Assembly: GCA_900550255.1 (NCBI GenBank)
Contig: URQZ01000006.1
Coordinates: 3,392 to 67,391, forward strand
Source of the DNA: an uncultured Mycoplasmatota bacterium
GTDB taxonomy: Bacteria > Bacillota_I > Bacilli_A > RF39 > UBA660
DNA: 64,000 bases
Direction of reading: 5' to 3'
In this document: piece by piece, positions 29,092 through 41,117 of the stretch
How positions within the stretch are numbered: position 1 is the first letter of the stretch
Layout of the letters: the number at the start of each line of letters is the position of its first letter
Translations under genes and position numbers: made by a program
Notes under the pieces: model-generated
The model's database searches: none
What the model was told of the DNA's origin: nothing
Seen by the model: only the letters and a program-made list of their open reading frames with translations

Positions 29092-31179
29092 ATGTTAGAA
29101 ACATTGAACGATAGACAATTAGAGGCAGTAACAACAACAGAAGGGCCTCTTTTAGTTTTGGCTGGAGCAGGAAGTGGAAAGACAAAAGTTTTAACAACTA
29201 GAATTGCATATTTAATCAAAGAAAAAGATATTAATCCTGCTAATATTTTAGCCATAACATTTACAAACAAAGCAGCAAAAGAAATGAAATCTAGAGTATA
29301 TCAATTACTTGGGAGTAAAGCCTCTAATATTCAGATATCAACTTTTCATTCATTTGGCTTACTATTAATAAAAGAAAATTATGAAAAATTAGGATTTAAA
29401 AGCAATTTTACAATTTTAGATAGTGATGATTCTTTAACCGTTATAAAAAAAATAATGAAGGAATTAAGCTTAGATTTTAAAATATATAATCCAAAAGCGG
29501 TGAGAAATAAAATAAGTAGTTGTAAAAATGAATTAGTAGACGCAGAAGAGTTTCAAAAATATGCAATGACTGATTTTGATAAAAACGTATATAAAGTATA
29601 TAAAAAATATACTTCGAAATTATTAAATAATAATTCATTAGATTTTGATGATTTGTTAATGCTACCAATTTTTTTACTAAGAGCTAATATTGATATTTTA
29701 AAAAAGTATCAAGAACGTTATAAGTATATATTAATAGATGAATACCAAGATACAAATGAAGCACAATATGTACTGAGTAAAATGATAAGTTCAAAATATA
29801 AAAATATTTGTGTAGTTGGTGATGAATCACAATCAATATACAGTTTTAGAGGATCAAATTATCAGAATATTTTAAACTTTGAAAAAGATTATAATCATCC
29901 TAAAGTTGTTTTACTAGAAGAAAACTATAGATCAACATCTACAATATTAAATGCTGCAAATAGTGTTATAAAAAATAATAAACAAAGAAAAGAAAAAAAT
30001 CTTTGGACAACAAATAAAGATGGAAATAAAATAATATATCATAAAGCTCTAAATGAAAAAGATGAAGCTATATATGTAGTTGATGAAATAGAAAAATTAT
30101 TAGAAAAAGGAATTCCTGAGAGTGATATAGCTATTTTATATAGAACAAATGCTCAATCAAGAGCTATTGAGGAAGTTTTACTTAGAGAAAATATTGCTTA
30201 TAAAGTTGTTGGTAGCTTTTACTTTTATAACAGAAAAGAAATAAAAGATTTAATTTCTTATTTAAAGCTAATATATAATCCGTATGATGATGTTAGTTTA
30301 ATGCGTATTATTAATACACCAAAAAGAGGAATAGGCGCAAAAACAATTGAAAATATTGCTCTAAAGGCTTCAAGCCTTGGAATACCTATGTATGAGGCAA
30401 TTGATTCAGGAAAAGAAATGGACTTCAAAAAAATAATTGAAGAATTAAAGGAATTAAAAGAAAAATCAAGTATTACTGAATTAATTGATTTGATTTTGGA
30501 TAAAACAGGTATAAAACAAGAGCTAAGTAGTGAAAAATCATTAGAAGCAGATATTAGACTTGAAAACCTTGAAGAATTTAAAACAATTACAAGAAACTTT
30601 GAAGAGAGATTAGGAATTGTATCATTAGAAGAATTTTTAGATGAAATAAGCTTAGTAGCAGATATAGAAGAACATAAAAATAACAATAATGTCGTTACCC
30701 TTATGACCGTTCATTCTGCTAAAGGATTAGAATTTGAAAATGTTTTTATAATAGGAATGGAAGAAGGAATTTTTCCACACGCAAATAGCTTGTTTGATGA
30801 TGATCAAATAGAGGAAGAAAGAAGATTGTGCTATGTAGCGATAACAAGAGCTAAAAAAAATCTATGGTTAGTAAATGCTTCTAAAAGAACAATATATGGA
30901 GATATCAATTGTAATCCAACAAGTCGTTTTATAAATGAAATAGATGATGAATGCTTAGATAAAGATTTCAAAGAAGTGTCTAACTTTACACAAGTAAAAG
31001 AACAAATACTTGATAGTAATTCAGATATAGTTTATAATATAGGTGATAAGATAATACATGATGTGTTTGGACGTGGAGTGGTTGTTCAAATAGATAAGAG
31101 TATTTTGACAGTTGCTTTTCCTCATCCACATGGAATTAAAAAATTATTAAAAGGACATAGAACTTTTAGAAAGGAATGA
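29092..31179 (+). CDS. pcrA: ATP-dependent DNA helicase PcrA (UvrD family)
   Basis: 'LLVLAGAGSGKTKVLTTRIAYLI', 'ILIDEYQDTN' and 'VVGDESQSIYSFRG'. Confidence 0.9.
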   Translation: MLETLNDRQLEAVTTTEGPLLVLAGAGSGKTKVLTTRIAYLIKEKDINPANILAITFTNKAAKEMKSRVYQLLGSKASNIQISTFHSFGLLLIKENYEKLGFKSNFTILDSDDSLTVIKKIMKELSLDFKIYNPKAVRNKISSCKNELVDAEEFQKYAMTDFDKNVYKVYKKYTSKLLNNNSLDFDDLLMLPIFLLRANIDILKKYQERYKYILIDEYQDTNEAQYVLSKMISSKYKNICVVGDESQSIYSFRGSNYQNILNFEKDYNHPKVVLLEENYRSTSTILNAANSVIKNNKQRKEKNLWTTNKDGNKIIYHKALNEKDEAIYVVDEIEKLLEKGIPESDIAILYRTNAQSRAIEEVLLRENIAYKVVGSFYFYNRKEIKDLISYLKLIYNPYDDVSLMRIINTPKRGIGAKTIENIALKASSLGIPMYEAIDSGKEMDFKKIIEELKELKEKSSITELIDLILDKTGIKQELSSEKSLEADIRLENLEEFKTITRNFEERLGIVSLEEFLDEISLVADIEEHKNNNNVVTLMTVHSAKGLEFENVFIIGMEEGIFPHANSLFDDDQIEEERRLCYVAITRAKKNLWLVNASKRTIYGDINCNPTSRFINEIDDECLDKDFKEVSNFTQVKEQILDSNSDIVYNIGDKIIHDVFGRGVVVQIDKSILTVAFPHPHGIKKLLKGHRTFRKE

Positions 31180-31183
31180 TTTT

Positions 31184-31333
31184 ATGTTGAAATGGTTAGA
31201 AGAGGTATCTGATAATTTTAAAGGATGGGTATTAAACAATGGAACAAATCCGTTTTTCTGGGTAATACTTTTCTTTTTAGGACTATTAATTTTTGCTGTA
31301 ACTTATAGAGCATTAACTAAACATCGTCAATAA
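31184..31333 (+). CDS. Small 49-aa single-TM protein between pcrA and ligA
   Basis: 'MLKWLEEVSDNFKGWVLNNGTNPFFWVILFFLGLLIFAVTYRALTKHRQ'. No RBS checked, so low confidence. Confidence 0.3.
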   Translation: MLKWLEEVSDNFKGWVLNNGTNPFFWVILFFLGLLIFAVTYRALTKHRQ

Positions 31334-31336
31334 ATA

Positions 31337-33437
<2,101 letters not shown>

Positions 33438-33438
33438 A

Positions 33439-33564
33439 ATGAAAAAAAATATAATTATAGCAATTTTGATTTTGATAATATTAATACTCATAGGATATAT
33501 TATTTATGATAAATTAACATATCATAAAAACACTTCAGAAAGTGATAGTTGTTTAGTTCCATAA
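33439..33564 (+). CDS. Small 41-aa hydrophobic ORF
   Basis: 'MKKNIIIAILILIILILIGYIIYDKLTYHKNTSESDSCLVP'. Followed by a terminator at 33575..33601. Confidence 0.25.
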   Translation: MKKNIIIAILILIILILIGYIIYDKLTYHKNTSESDSCLVP

Positions 33565-33574
33565 ATTAAAAAAG

Positions 33575-33601
33575 TAATATCAATTAGATATTATTTTTTT
33601 T
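33575..33601 (+). terminator. Rho-independent terminator
   Basis: TAATATC-aatta-GATATTA plus TTTTTTTT. Confidence 0.6.
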
Positions 33602-33641
33602 ATCCATATGTTATAATTAACTAGGATAAGGAGGATATGAA

Positions 33642-35870
33642 ATGGAAGAATGGAAAAATTTTAAAAAAGATAAATGGAATGAAACTATTAATGTTAGTAA
33701 TTTTATAAAAACAAATTATCAAAACTATGATGGAGATAGTAATTTTTTAGAAGGTACAACAGAAAAAACTGATAAAGTTTGGTCAAAATGTACTGATTTA
33801 CTAAAAGAAGAATTAAAAAAAGGTGTACTTGATATTGATGTAACACGAACTTCTGGTATTAATTCTTACGATGCAGGTTATATTGATCAGGAAAATGAAG
33901 TTATTGTTGGGCTTCAAACAGATGCCCCACTTAAAAGAATTATAAACCCATATGGTGGAATAAGAATGGTTTATAGTTCATTAAAGGCATATAACTATAA
34001 ATTAGACCCTACTTTGGATAAATATTTTAATCAATTTCGAAAAACACACAATGCAGGTGTATTTGATGCTTATACTGAAGAAATAAAAAAAGCCCGTCAT
34101 GTTGGACTTTTAACAGGCCTTCCTGATGCTTATGGTCGAGGAAGAATTATTGGTGATTACCGTCGTGTCGCACTATACGGTATTGATTATTTATTAGAAG
34201 AAAAACAAAAAGAACTTACAGATGTATTACTTGGTGAAATGAGTGAATCCTTAATTAGAACTAGAGAAGAAGTTTCAATGCAATGTAAGGCTTTAAAAGA
34301 AATAAAAGAGATGGCTTTGAAATATGGTTATGATATTTCAAAACCTGCTAGTAATGCCAAAGAAGCTATACAATGGTTATATTTTGGATATCTTGCAGCA
34401 GTAAAAGAAAATAATGGTGCTGCTATGAGTTTAGGACGTGTTGATGCTTTTTTAGATATATATATTGAGAGAGATTTAAATAGTGGTGTGATAACAGAAA
34501 AAGAAGCCCAAGAATTAATTGATCAATTTATAATAAAACTACGTTTAGTAAGACATCTTAGAACACCAGAATATGATGAATTATTTTCAGGTGATCCAAC
34601 TTGGGTAACATGTTCAATTGGAGGAATGACAAGTGAAGGAAAATCCTTAGTAACAAAAACTTCATATCGTATTCTGCACACTTTAACAAATCTTAATCCT
34701 GCACCAGAACCAAATATGACTGTATTATGGAGTGAAGACCTTCCAGAAACATTTAAAAAATATTGTGCGAAAATGAGTATTAAAACAGATGCAATTCAAT
34801 ATGAAAATGATGATTTAATGCAACCTATATATGGAGATGACTATGCTATAGCTTGTTGTGTATCTGCAATGCGTATTGGACGTGACATGCAATTCTTTGG
34901 AGCACGTTGTAATTTGGCTAAAGCACTTCTTTATTCAATAAATGGTGGTATAGATGAAATGAAAAATGAACAAGTATTTACAGGATTTGAAAAAATGACT
35001 GATGAAATACTTGACTATGATAAAGTAAAAAGAACATATTATAAAATGTTAAAAGAAGTGGCTAGAGTATACGCTAGTGCTATGAATATAATTCATTATA
35101 TGCATGATAAATATGCTTATGAATCTGGTCAAATGGCACTGCACAATACAGATGTTCATCGTTATATGGCATATGGTGTTGCAGGACTTTCAGTTGCGAC
35201 CGATTCACTATCAGCAATAAAATATGCAAAAGTAAAACCAATAAGAAATGAAGAAGGAATCGCTATTGATTTTGAAATAGAAGGAGATTATCCTAAATAT
35301 GGAAATGATGATGATAGAGTAGATAATATTGCAAAAGAAATTCTTAAAACTATTTTTGATGAATTAAAATCACATAAAACTTACCGTGATGCTGAACCAA
35401 CTATGTCAGTACTTACAATTACGTCAAATGTTGTTTATGGTAGCAAGACAGGATCAACTCCAGATGGAAGAAAGAAAGGTGTAGCTTTCGCTCCAGGTGC
35501 TAATCCAATGCATGGAAGAGATGAAAACGGTGCTTTAGCTTCACTTAATTCAGTTGCTAAACTTGAATATGAAAAATGTTGTAAAGATGGAATATCTAAT
35601 ACTTTTTCAATTGTTCCAGATACTTTGGGAAAAACAGAAGAAGATCGTGTAAATAATTTAGTATCGATTATGGATGGTTATTTTAATCAAAAAGCACATC
35701 ATTTAAATGTTAATGTATTAAGACGTGAAACTTTAATTGATGCAATGGAAAATCCAGATAAATATCCTCTTTTAACTATTCGTGTTTCTGGATATGCTGT
35801 TTCCTTTAATCGTTTAACTAGAAAACAACAAGAAGAGGTTATAAGTAGAACTTTTCATGAAAAAATGTGA
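33642..35870 (+). CDS. pflB: Formate C-acetyltransferase (pyruvate formate-lyase)
   Basis: Glycyl-radical motif '[13 protein letters not shown]' and an active-site 'CCVSAM'-like region. Confidence 0.9.
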   Translation: MEEWKNFKKDKWNETINVSNFIKTNYQNYDGDSNFLEGTTEKTDKVWSKCTDLLKEELKKGVLDIDVTRTSGINSYDAGYIDQENEVIVGLQTDAPLKRIINPYGGIRMVYSSLKAYNYKLDPTLDKYFNQFRKTHNAGVFDAYTEEIKKARHVGLLTGLPDAYGRGRIIGDYRRVALYGIDYLLEEKQKELTDVLLGEMSESLIRTREEVSMQCKALKEIKEMALKYGYDISKPASNAKEAIQWLYFGYLAAVKENNGAAMSLGRVDAFLDIYIERDLNSGVITEKEAQELIDQFIIKLRLVRHLRTPEYDELFSGDPTWVTCSIGGMTSEGKSLVTKTSYRILHTLTNLNPAPEPNMTVLWSEDLPETFKKYCAKMSIKTDAIQYENDDLMQPIYGDDYAIACCVSAMRIGRDMQFFGARCNLAKALLYSINGGIDEMKNEQVFTGFEKMTDEILDYDKVKRTYYKMLKEVARVYASAMNIIHYMHDKYAYESGQMALHNTDVHRYMAYGVAGLSVATDSLSAIKYAKVKPIRNEEGIAIDFEIEGDYPKYGNDDDRVDNIAKEILKTIFDELKSHKTYRDAEPTMSVLTITSNVVYGSKTGSTPDGRKKGVAFAPGANPMHGRDENGALASLNSVAKLEYEKCCKDGISNTFSIVPDTLGKTEEDRVNNLVSIMDGYFNQKAHHLNVNVLRRETLIDAMENPDKYPLLTIRVSGYAVSFNRLTRKQQEEVISRTFHEKM

Positions 35871-36567
35871 TTTAAAGGGAAGTATAGATTCAATTGAAAC
35901 TTTAGGACTAGTTGATGGTCCTGGTATTAGAACTGTTGTTTTTCTTAATGGGTGTAAACTTCGTTGTTTGTATTGTCATAACCCTGAAATGTGGAAAATT
36001 AAAGATTATAATATGACAGTCGATGAATTGGTAAATAAGATATTAAGGTATAAACCATATTATAAAGATAATGGTGGGGTAACTTTCTCAGGAGGAGAAC
36101 CTCTTCTTCAATCAGATTATTTACTAGAAGTTTGCAAGCGCTTGAAAAAAGAAAAAATAAATATAGCTTTGGATACAGCAGGTGTTGGTAATTATAATGA
36201 AAAATTATTAGATTATATAGATTTAATTATATTTGACATAAAAGCTGTAAAGTCAGATGATTATAACTATATAACAGGATATAAAATAGATGAATCATTA
36301 AAATTTTTAAATAAATGTCAAGAAAAAAACATAAAAATGTGGATAAGACAAGTTATAGTTCCAAAAATAAATGATAATGAAAAAAACATATTGGAATTAA
36401 AAAAATTTATTTCAAAATTAAAAAATGTGGAAAAAGTAGAATTACTTCCATATCATACCATGGCAATTGATAAATATAAGAAACTAGGTATTGAATATAA
36501 ATTAACTGGTTTAGAAGCCATGAACAAAGAAAAATGTAAGAAATTAGAAAAATTACTTTTAAAGTAA
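35857..36567 (+). CDS. pflA: Pyruvate formate-lyase activating enzyme (radical SAM)
   Basis: '[28 protein letters not shown]' is the CxxxCxxC radical SAM motif. Confidence 0.85.
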   Translation: MKKCDLKGSIDSIETLGLVDGPGIRTVVFLNGCKLRCLYCHNPEMWKIKDYNMTVDELVNKILRYKPYYKDNGGVTFSGGEPLLQSDYLLEVCKRLKKEKINIALDTAGVGNYNEKLLDYIDLIIFDIKAVKSDDYNYITGYKIDESLKFLNKCQEKNIKMWIRQVIVPKINDNEKNILELKKFISKLKNVEKVELLPYHTMAIDKYKKLGIEYKLTGLEAMNKEKCKKLEKLLLK

Positions 36568-36576
36568 TTTTTTTTG

Positions 36577-36605
36577 TTGACTCATGATAACAAATAAGTT
36601 ATCAT
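36577..36605 (+). promoter_or_regulatory. Sigma-A promoter (-35 TTGACT, 17 bp, -10 TATCAT) whose spacer contains the palindrome TGATAAC-aaataa-GTTATCA
   Basis: Read directly. Palindrome at 36585..36604. Confidence 0.5.
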
Positions 36606-36623
36606 AAATCTGAGGTGATTATC

Positions 36624-37100
36624 TTGAGTGAGTTTATAAAAAAAGTTAAAAAAGATGGAAATGTTAGAAATATTGATGAAGCCTTTAAGGAATATCCTGT
36701 TGAAGAAGAAATTCATCAAGGTAATTTTGAATATTATGTTGCAGAAAAAATTATCAAATATGGTAAATATAATATAGGTGATATTGTTTTTGTAAGTAAG
36801 TATAAATATGAAAGTGGTTTGCCTGGAAAAGAGCACTTATTTGTTATTATTGACAAAGATAATAGAAGTGTTCCACTTGAATATTTTGGACTATTAATAT
36901 CATCTAACTTAAAAAAATTAAAATATAAAAGCAATAAATTATTAGAAAAAAATAGTAAAAATAATTTAATAAAAAATAGTTTAGTAAAATGTGATGCTAT
37001 CTATGTTGTAAAAGAGGATAGTATAGTTGGTAAAATTGGAAAGGTTGATATAGAATTGATTGAAAAATATAAACAAATATATAATAATATAATTAAATAA
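36624..37100 (+). CDS. PemK/MazF-like endoribonuclease-toxin homologue with a ~45-aa N-terminal extension
   Basis: 'NIGDIVFVSKYKYESGLPGKEHLFVII', '...LISSN...' and 'SLVKCDAIYVVKEDSIVGKIGKVDIELIEKYKQ' follow the MazF/PemK pattern (GDIv.v.f...G.E...RP.vV / SV.lcDQi...d..Rl..kiG.l....m..i). TTG start 5 nt after GAGGTGA. Confidence 0.5.
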   Translation: MSEFIKKVKKDGNVRNIDEAFKEYPVEEEIHQGNFEYYVAEKIIKYGKYNIGDIVFVSKYKYESGLPGKEHLFVIIDKDNRSVPLEYFGLLISSNLKKLKYKSNKLLEKNSKNNLIKNSLVKCDAIYVVKEDSIVGKIGKVDIELIEKYKQIYNNIIK

Positions 37101-37113
37101 AAAGGAGATTTTT

Positions 37114-37389
37114 ATGACAAAAAAAGAATTAAAAAATGCTACTAATTTTTTTGAAACTGAAACAAAATTAATAGAAAAAGAATATGAATTAGTAAAAAAA
37201 ATAATCGCAATCAGAAATGATAAACATATATCACAAAGAGAATTATGTGCACAAATAGGAATGAAACAACCAGCTTTAGTTAGAATCGAAAATCAAAATA
37301 ATTCACCATCACTTAAAACAGTATTGAAAATATTAGAACCACTCGGTTATACACTAGAAATAAAAAAAATCACAAATAGTGATTTATAA
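37114..37389 (+). CDS. XRE-family HTH protein (putative antitoxin/regulator)
   Basis: 'ISQRELCAQIGMKQPALVRIENQNNSPSLKTVLKILEPLGYTLEI' is an HTH_XRE. Confidence 0.7.
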   Translation: MTKKELKNATNFFETETKLIEKEYELVKKIIAIRNDKHISQRELCAQIGMKQPALVRIENQNNSPSLKTVLKILEPLGYTLEIKKITNSDL

Positions 37390-38199
37390 AAATAGAATAA
37401 CTAAAGTACCAACAATTAAACAGTAGTACACAAAATAAATAAGTTTTCCTTCTTTAACTAAACTTCTAAACCATTTAGTAGCAATATATGTAAATATAAA
37501 GGCAACAACAACACTAATGAAGTAAAATAAAAGTTGAATGCTATCAAGATTTGCTTTTAATAAATCTTTTATACCAATAATCATTGTAGCTAAAGTAATG
37601 GGAATATATAACATAAATGAGAAATCAAAAGCGGTTTCTCTTTTTAGATTTCTAAACATTCCACCAACAATAGTTGATCCACTTCTACTAATTCCAGGAA
37701 GAAGTGCGACTACTTGAAATAGGCCAATTACTAGAGCATCTTTAAAAGTTATTTCTTTTCCATTCTTTTTACCTTTAAAATCTTTAATTAAAAATAAAAA
37801 TAAAGCTGTTATTAATAAAGTAAGACCTACAAATTTTATATTTTTTTCAAGAAAATCAAAAAGGCCAAATTTAGTTACAACAAGTCCCATTATACCAGCA
37901 GGAATTGTTCCGATAACAATCAACCAACAATATTTATAATTAGAATAATATTTATTTTCTTTAGTTTTTAAGTAACTAAAGAAGGAAACAATCAATTCAC
38001 ATATTTTTTTTCTATAAATAATTACAATAGCTAAGAAGCTACCAAAGTTAGTTAAGATTGCTAAAATATTGTAATCAATATGACTAGAACTATTTAATAG
38101 TTTTTGGAAAATTAATAAATGTCCGCTGGAAGATACAGGAATTGGTTCTGTAATTCCTTGAATTATCCCTAAAAAAATAAATTTAATAAGTTTTAACAT
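37384..38199 (-). CDS. uppP: Undecaprenyl-diphosphate phosphatase
   Basis: 'GISRSGSTIVGGMF' and 'SSSGHLLI' motifs with 8 TM. Its 3' end overlaps the XRE gene by 6 nt (convergent). Confidence 0.85.
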   Translation of the reverse strand: MLKLIKFIFLGIIQGITEPIPVSSSGHLLIFQKLLNSSSHIDYNILAILTNFGSFLAIVIIYRKKICELIVSFFSYLKTKENKYYSNYKYCWLIVIGTIPAGIMGLVVTKFGLFDFLEKNIKFVGLTLLITALFLFLIKDFKGKKNGKEITFKDALVIGLFQVVALLPGISRSGSTIVGGMFRNLKRETAFDFSFMLYIPITLATMIIGIKDLLKANLDSIQLLFYFISVVVAFIFTYIATKWFRSLVKEGKLIYFVYYCLIVGTLVILFL

Positions 38200-38285
38200 A
38201 ATATCACCTTAATTAATTATATACTATAAAATTGATTTAATAAATAAAAATGATTAAATTAAATAAAATTTAATAAGGTGATATT

Positions 38286-38510
38286 ATGCTTGCTCGAATT
38301 TTCTTTTTTTTAATTGGATTTGGATTTACGGTAGTTGGAAATGTTTATATCATTAGTTATCTTAATTTATTAACTATTGGGTATAATTTTTTTGATTATG
38401 TCAATTTTATAATTAGGAGAATAGAATGTTTATATTCGATTATTGGAATTATAATTATTATTATCTCAATTTTTTGGCCAGGAGGGAAAAAATATGAATT
38501 ACATATATGA
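38286..38510 (+). CDS. Small hydrophobic ORF (74 aa)
   Basis: 2-3 TM. Weak support. Confidence 0.25.
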   Translation: MLARIFFFLIGFGFTVVGNVYIISYLNLLTIGYNFFDYVNFIIRRIECLYSIIGIIIIIISIFWPGGKKYELHI

Positions 38511-39132
38511 TATACTTATTAATTTTAATGAAAATTTGTATGATTTTTATGATTGGAATTTAAATGATCAAATAGATCATATTAGAAAAATTCCTGTTTT
38601 TAAAATAGATAGTGAATTTCTTTATAATTTGAAAAAGAATGATATTATTTTAAACAAGGATTTTTTAAATAAAATTTATAATAAAACAGAAATATTTACG
38701 ATGAAAAGTATTAAAACCTTAAATTATGCATGCCTTTTTTGTGATGGTATGGAGGTAGTTGGTATATATATATTGAATGGTAAAATTTTAAAAAGTAAAT
38801 TACTTATTGATGAGGAAGAAGAAGTGGTTGAATTTTCTGAGCGACTTAAAGAAGAAAACATTACATATGAAATAATAAAAGAAAATGATATTATTAAGTA
38901 TAAGACTAGAAAAGAAATAGAAATAGAAACATATGTAAAAAAAGAAATAAGAAATTTGAAAAAAGAAAATAATATTAATAAACTTAGTTATTTATATTAT
39001 GAGTGTTTTAATACAAAAGAAACGAACAAAGATAAAATAATTGAAAATTTTGATTATTATCTTGAAAAAGATTTTGATTTTTTAATGAATAAACTTTATA
39101 AATTTTTTAAATTATTACAATTTAATAAATAA
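38494..39132 (+). CDS. Hypothetical protein
   Basis: ORF with no recognisable motif. Confidence 0.4.
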   Translation: MNYIYDILINFNENLYDFYDWNLNDQIDHIRKIPVFKIDSEFLYNLKKNDIILNKDFLNKIYNKTEIFTMKSIKTLNYACLFCDGMEVVGIYILNGKILKSKLLIDEEEEVVEFSERLKEENITYEIIKENDIIKYKTRKEIEIETYVKKEIRNLKKENNINKLSYLYYECFNTKETNKDKIIENFDYYLEKDFDFLMNKLYKFFKLLQFNK

Positions 39133-39183
39133 AATGTATAACTTTATAAAATTAAATCCACAATATAATTGAGGAGGAATTTT

Positions 39184-39735
39184 ATGAAAAAAATAGCATT
39201 GGCTTTTTCGATGTTGATGATTATCTTAATGAGTGGTTGTGGTGAAAAAACAGTTTTAAATACCCCAACCAAGAAAGTTGAAGCTTTCTTTGCTAATTAT
39301 CAAACTTTAGATGATAATGTTTTAGCGCAGTTAGATGAAACCATTGATAAAGATGACACTTTAACTGATGAACAAAAAGATGAATATCGTGAACTTATGA
39401 AAAAACATTATAAGAATTTAAAATATGATGTTAAAGATGAAGTAATTGATGGTGACAAAGCAACTGTTACAGTTGAAATAGAAGTAACAGATTATACTAA
39501 AGTTATGTCTGATGCTGATAAGTATCTAGAAGAAAATAAAGATACCTTTAATGATGAAGAAGGAAAATATGATAAAACTTTATTTACAAAATATCGTCTA
39601 GATAAATTAAAAGAAGCAAAAGATACTGTTAAATACACTTTAGATATGACACTTACTAAAGTAGATGATGAGTGGCAATTAGATGATCTTAGTGATATTG
39701 ATGAGAAAAAAATACATGGAATGTATGAATATTAG
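39184..39735 (+). CDS. Lipoprotein, function unknown
   Basis: 'MKKIALAFSMLMIILMSGCGEKT' (lipobox LMSGC), acidic mature part. ATG at 39184 follows GAGGAGG. Confidence 0.65.
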   Translation: MKKIALAFSMLMIILMSGCGEKTVLNTPTKKVEAFFANYQTLDDNVLAQLDETIDKDDTLTDEQKDEYRELMKKHYKNLKYDVKDEVIDGDKATVTVEIEVTDYTKVMSDADKYLEENKDTFNDEEGKYDKTLFTKYRLDKLKEAKDTVKYTLDMTLTKVDDEWQLDDLSDIDEKKIHGMYEY

Positions 39736-39736
39736 A

Positions 39737-39770
39737 AACGGATAAATTAATTTGTCTGTTTTTTATTTTT
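39737..39770 (+). terminator. Rho-independent terminator
   Basis: AACGGATAAATT/AATTTGTCTGTT stem with GU wobbles plus a T-run. Confidence 0.45.
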
Positions 39771-39933
39771 GTATATATAATAAGAAAAGTTTATAAAATA
39801 AATATTAGTAACTTATTTTTTTCCTCTTTTTACAAAATTTTAATTATATATTATTCTTTTTTTAGGAGGGATAAATATAGAGTGTACAGAAAAATTTTAT
39901 ACATGTAAATATGACAAACCATTTAAAGAAATA

Positions 39934-40755
39934 ATGTTGAATGAAAAAAATAAGGACATTTTAACAAAACTTCTTGAACATATTTTAAAAGTAAAAATTA
40001 CTAATATTGAAATAAATAATATAGAACGTAACAGTAGAAATATAAAAATTAAGAGAAAACATTTAGATGCGCTTCTTACTACAAATGAGGGAAAAATTGG
40101 AATAGAAGTTAACGCTAACAATAAAAGTTATGTTCATCCACGAAATTTTGCTTATATATGTGATACCTATGCAAGTCATACATTAGTTGGAGAAATTTAT
40201 AATGAGGATATAAAGATTATACAAATTAATTTTAGTTATAGCCTTAATGATTCAATACCATATAGAATTTATAGAATAAAAGATGATCACGGAAATTTGT
40301 ATGTTGAAAATTTTGTTATTTATGATTATAATATGGAATACTATAAAAAAATTTGGTATACTAATAATGAAAGAAAAATAAAAAAAGACAAATATCTGAT
40401 AATGTTAGATTTGGAAAGCGAAGAGCTAAAAAAAATAGCAAAAAAAGATAAGGTGGTAAATAAATATATGGATGAATTAGTAAATTTAAATGAAAACCCA
40501 AAATTTAGAGAGTATATGACTGCAGAAGAAGATGCTAGGAAAATATATAATTCAGAAATGTATGAAGCTCGACAAACAGGTATGCAAGAAGGTTTAAAAA
40601 ATGGACTAAAACAGGGAAAGGAGCAAGGTTTAGAACAAGCAACTAAAGAAATAGTTGAAAAAATGTTAAAAGAAAAAATGAAAGAAGAAGAAATTTCTAA
40701 ATTTACAGGTTTATCGTTAGAAGAAATAAATAAAATCAAAATAATAAATGAATAA
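39934..40755 (+). mobile_element. Rpn-family recombination-promoting nuclease/putative transposase (PD-(D/E)XK, Transposase_31/YhgA-like). The conserved N-terminus appears to extend upstream of the first ATG.
   Basis: 'NKDILTKLLEHIL' and a C-terminal 'QTGMQEGLKNGLKQGKEQGLEQATKEIVEKMLKEKMKEEEISKFTGLSLEEINKI' repeat tail are typical of Rpn/YhgA. The in-frame upstream codons encode 'KYDKPFKEI', which matches the family N-terminus, but there is no ATG/GTG/TTG between AGGAGGG (39864..39870) and 39934. Confidence 0.6.
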
Positions 40756-40789
40756 TAAATTTCATAGATTTAAATAAAGGGGGATTAAT

Positions 40790-41071
40790 ATGCGTATTAT
40801 ACCAGATATTTCCCCTAAAACATTTACTTTAAGCGCTGTTATTATTGGTTATTTACTTATAGATGATACAACTGCTAATGAACAGAATGCTTTAGGAAAC
40901 TGGCTAATGTTAATTGCCCAAGTATTGTGTACTAATGCTTTTTATAAACAGGTTCAACAAGAACGAAGTACTAGTACTAATCAACCTAATATAGAACAAA
41001 CTATACAAATGATTCAAAAAATGATAGATGCGATGAGTAAAGAAATCGATAATTTAAAGAAACAAACTTAA
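40790..41071 (+). CDS. Small 2-TM protein, function unknown
   Basis: ORF with RBS GGGGGA. Followed by a strong terminator. Confidence 0.4.
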   Translation: MRIIPDISPKTFTLSAVIIGYLLIDDTTANEQNALGNWLMLIAQVLCTNAFYKQVQQERSTSTNQPNIEQTIQMIQKMIDAMSKEIDNLKKQT

Positions 41072-41095
41072 AGGACATAATTTGTCCTTTTTTTC
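41071..41095 (+). terminator. Rho-independent terminator
   Basis: AAGGACA-taat-TGTCCTT plus TTTTTT. Confidence 0.75.
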
Positions 41096-41117
41096 ATAAA
41101 CTTAAATAGGTGAGAAC

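Noticed and set aside
36615-36623. GTG at 36615 as the start of the MazF-like gene (as in the supplied track)
   Set aside because: That GTG lies inside the GAGGTGA ribosome-binding site. The TTG at 36624, 5 nt downstream of the RBS, is the more plausible initiation codon.
39897-40121. 74-aa minus-strand ORF overlapping the Rpn-like gene
   Set aside because: Antisense to a gene with strong family motifs; hydrophobic low-complexity translation.
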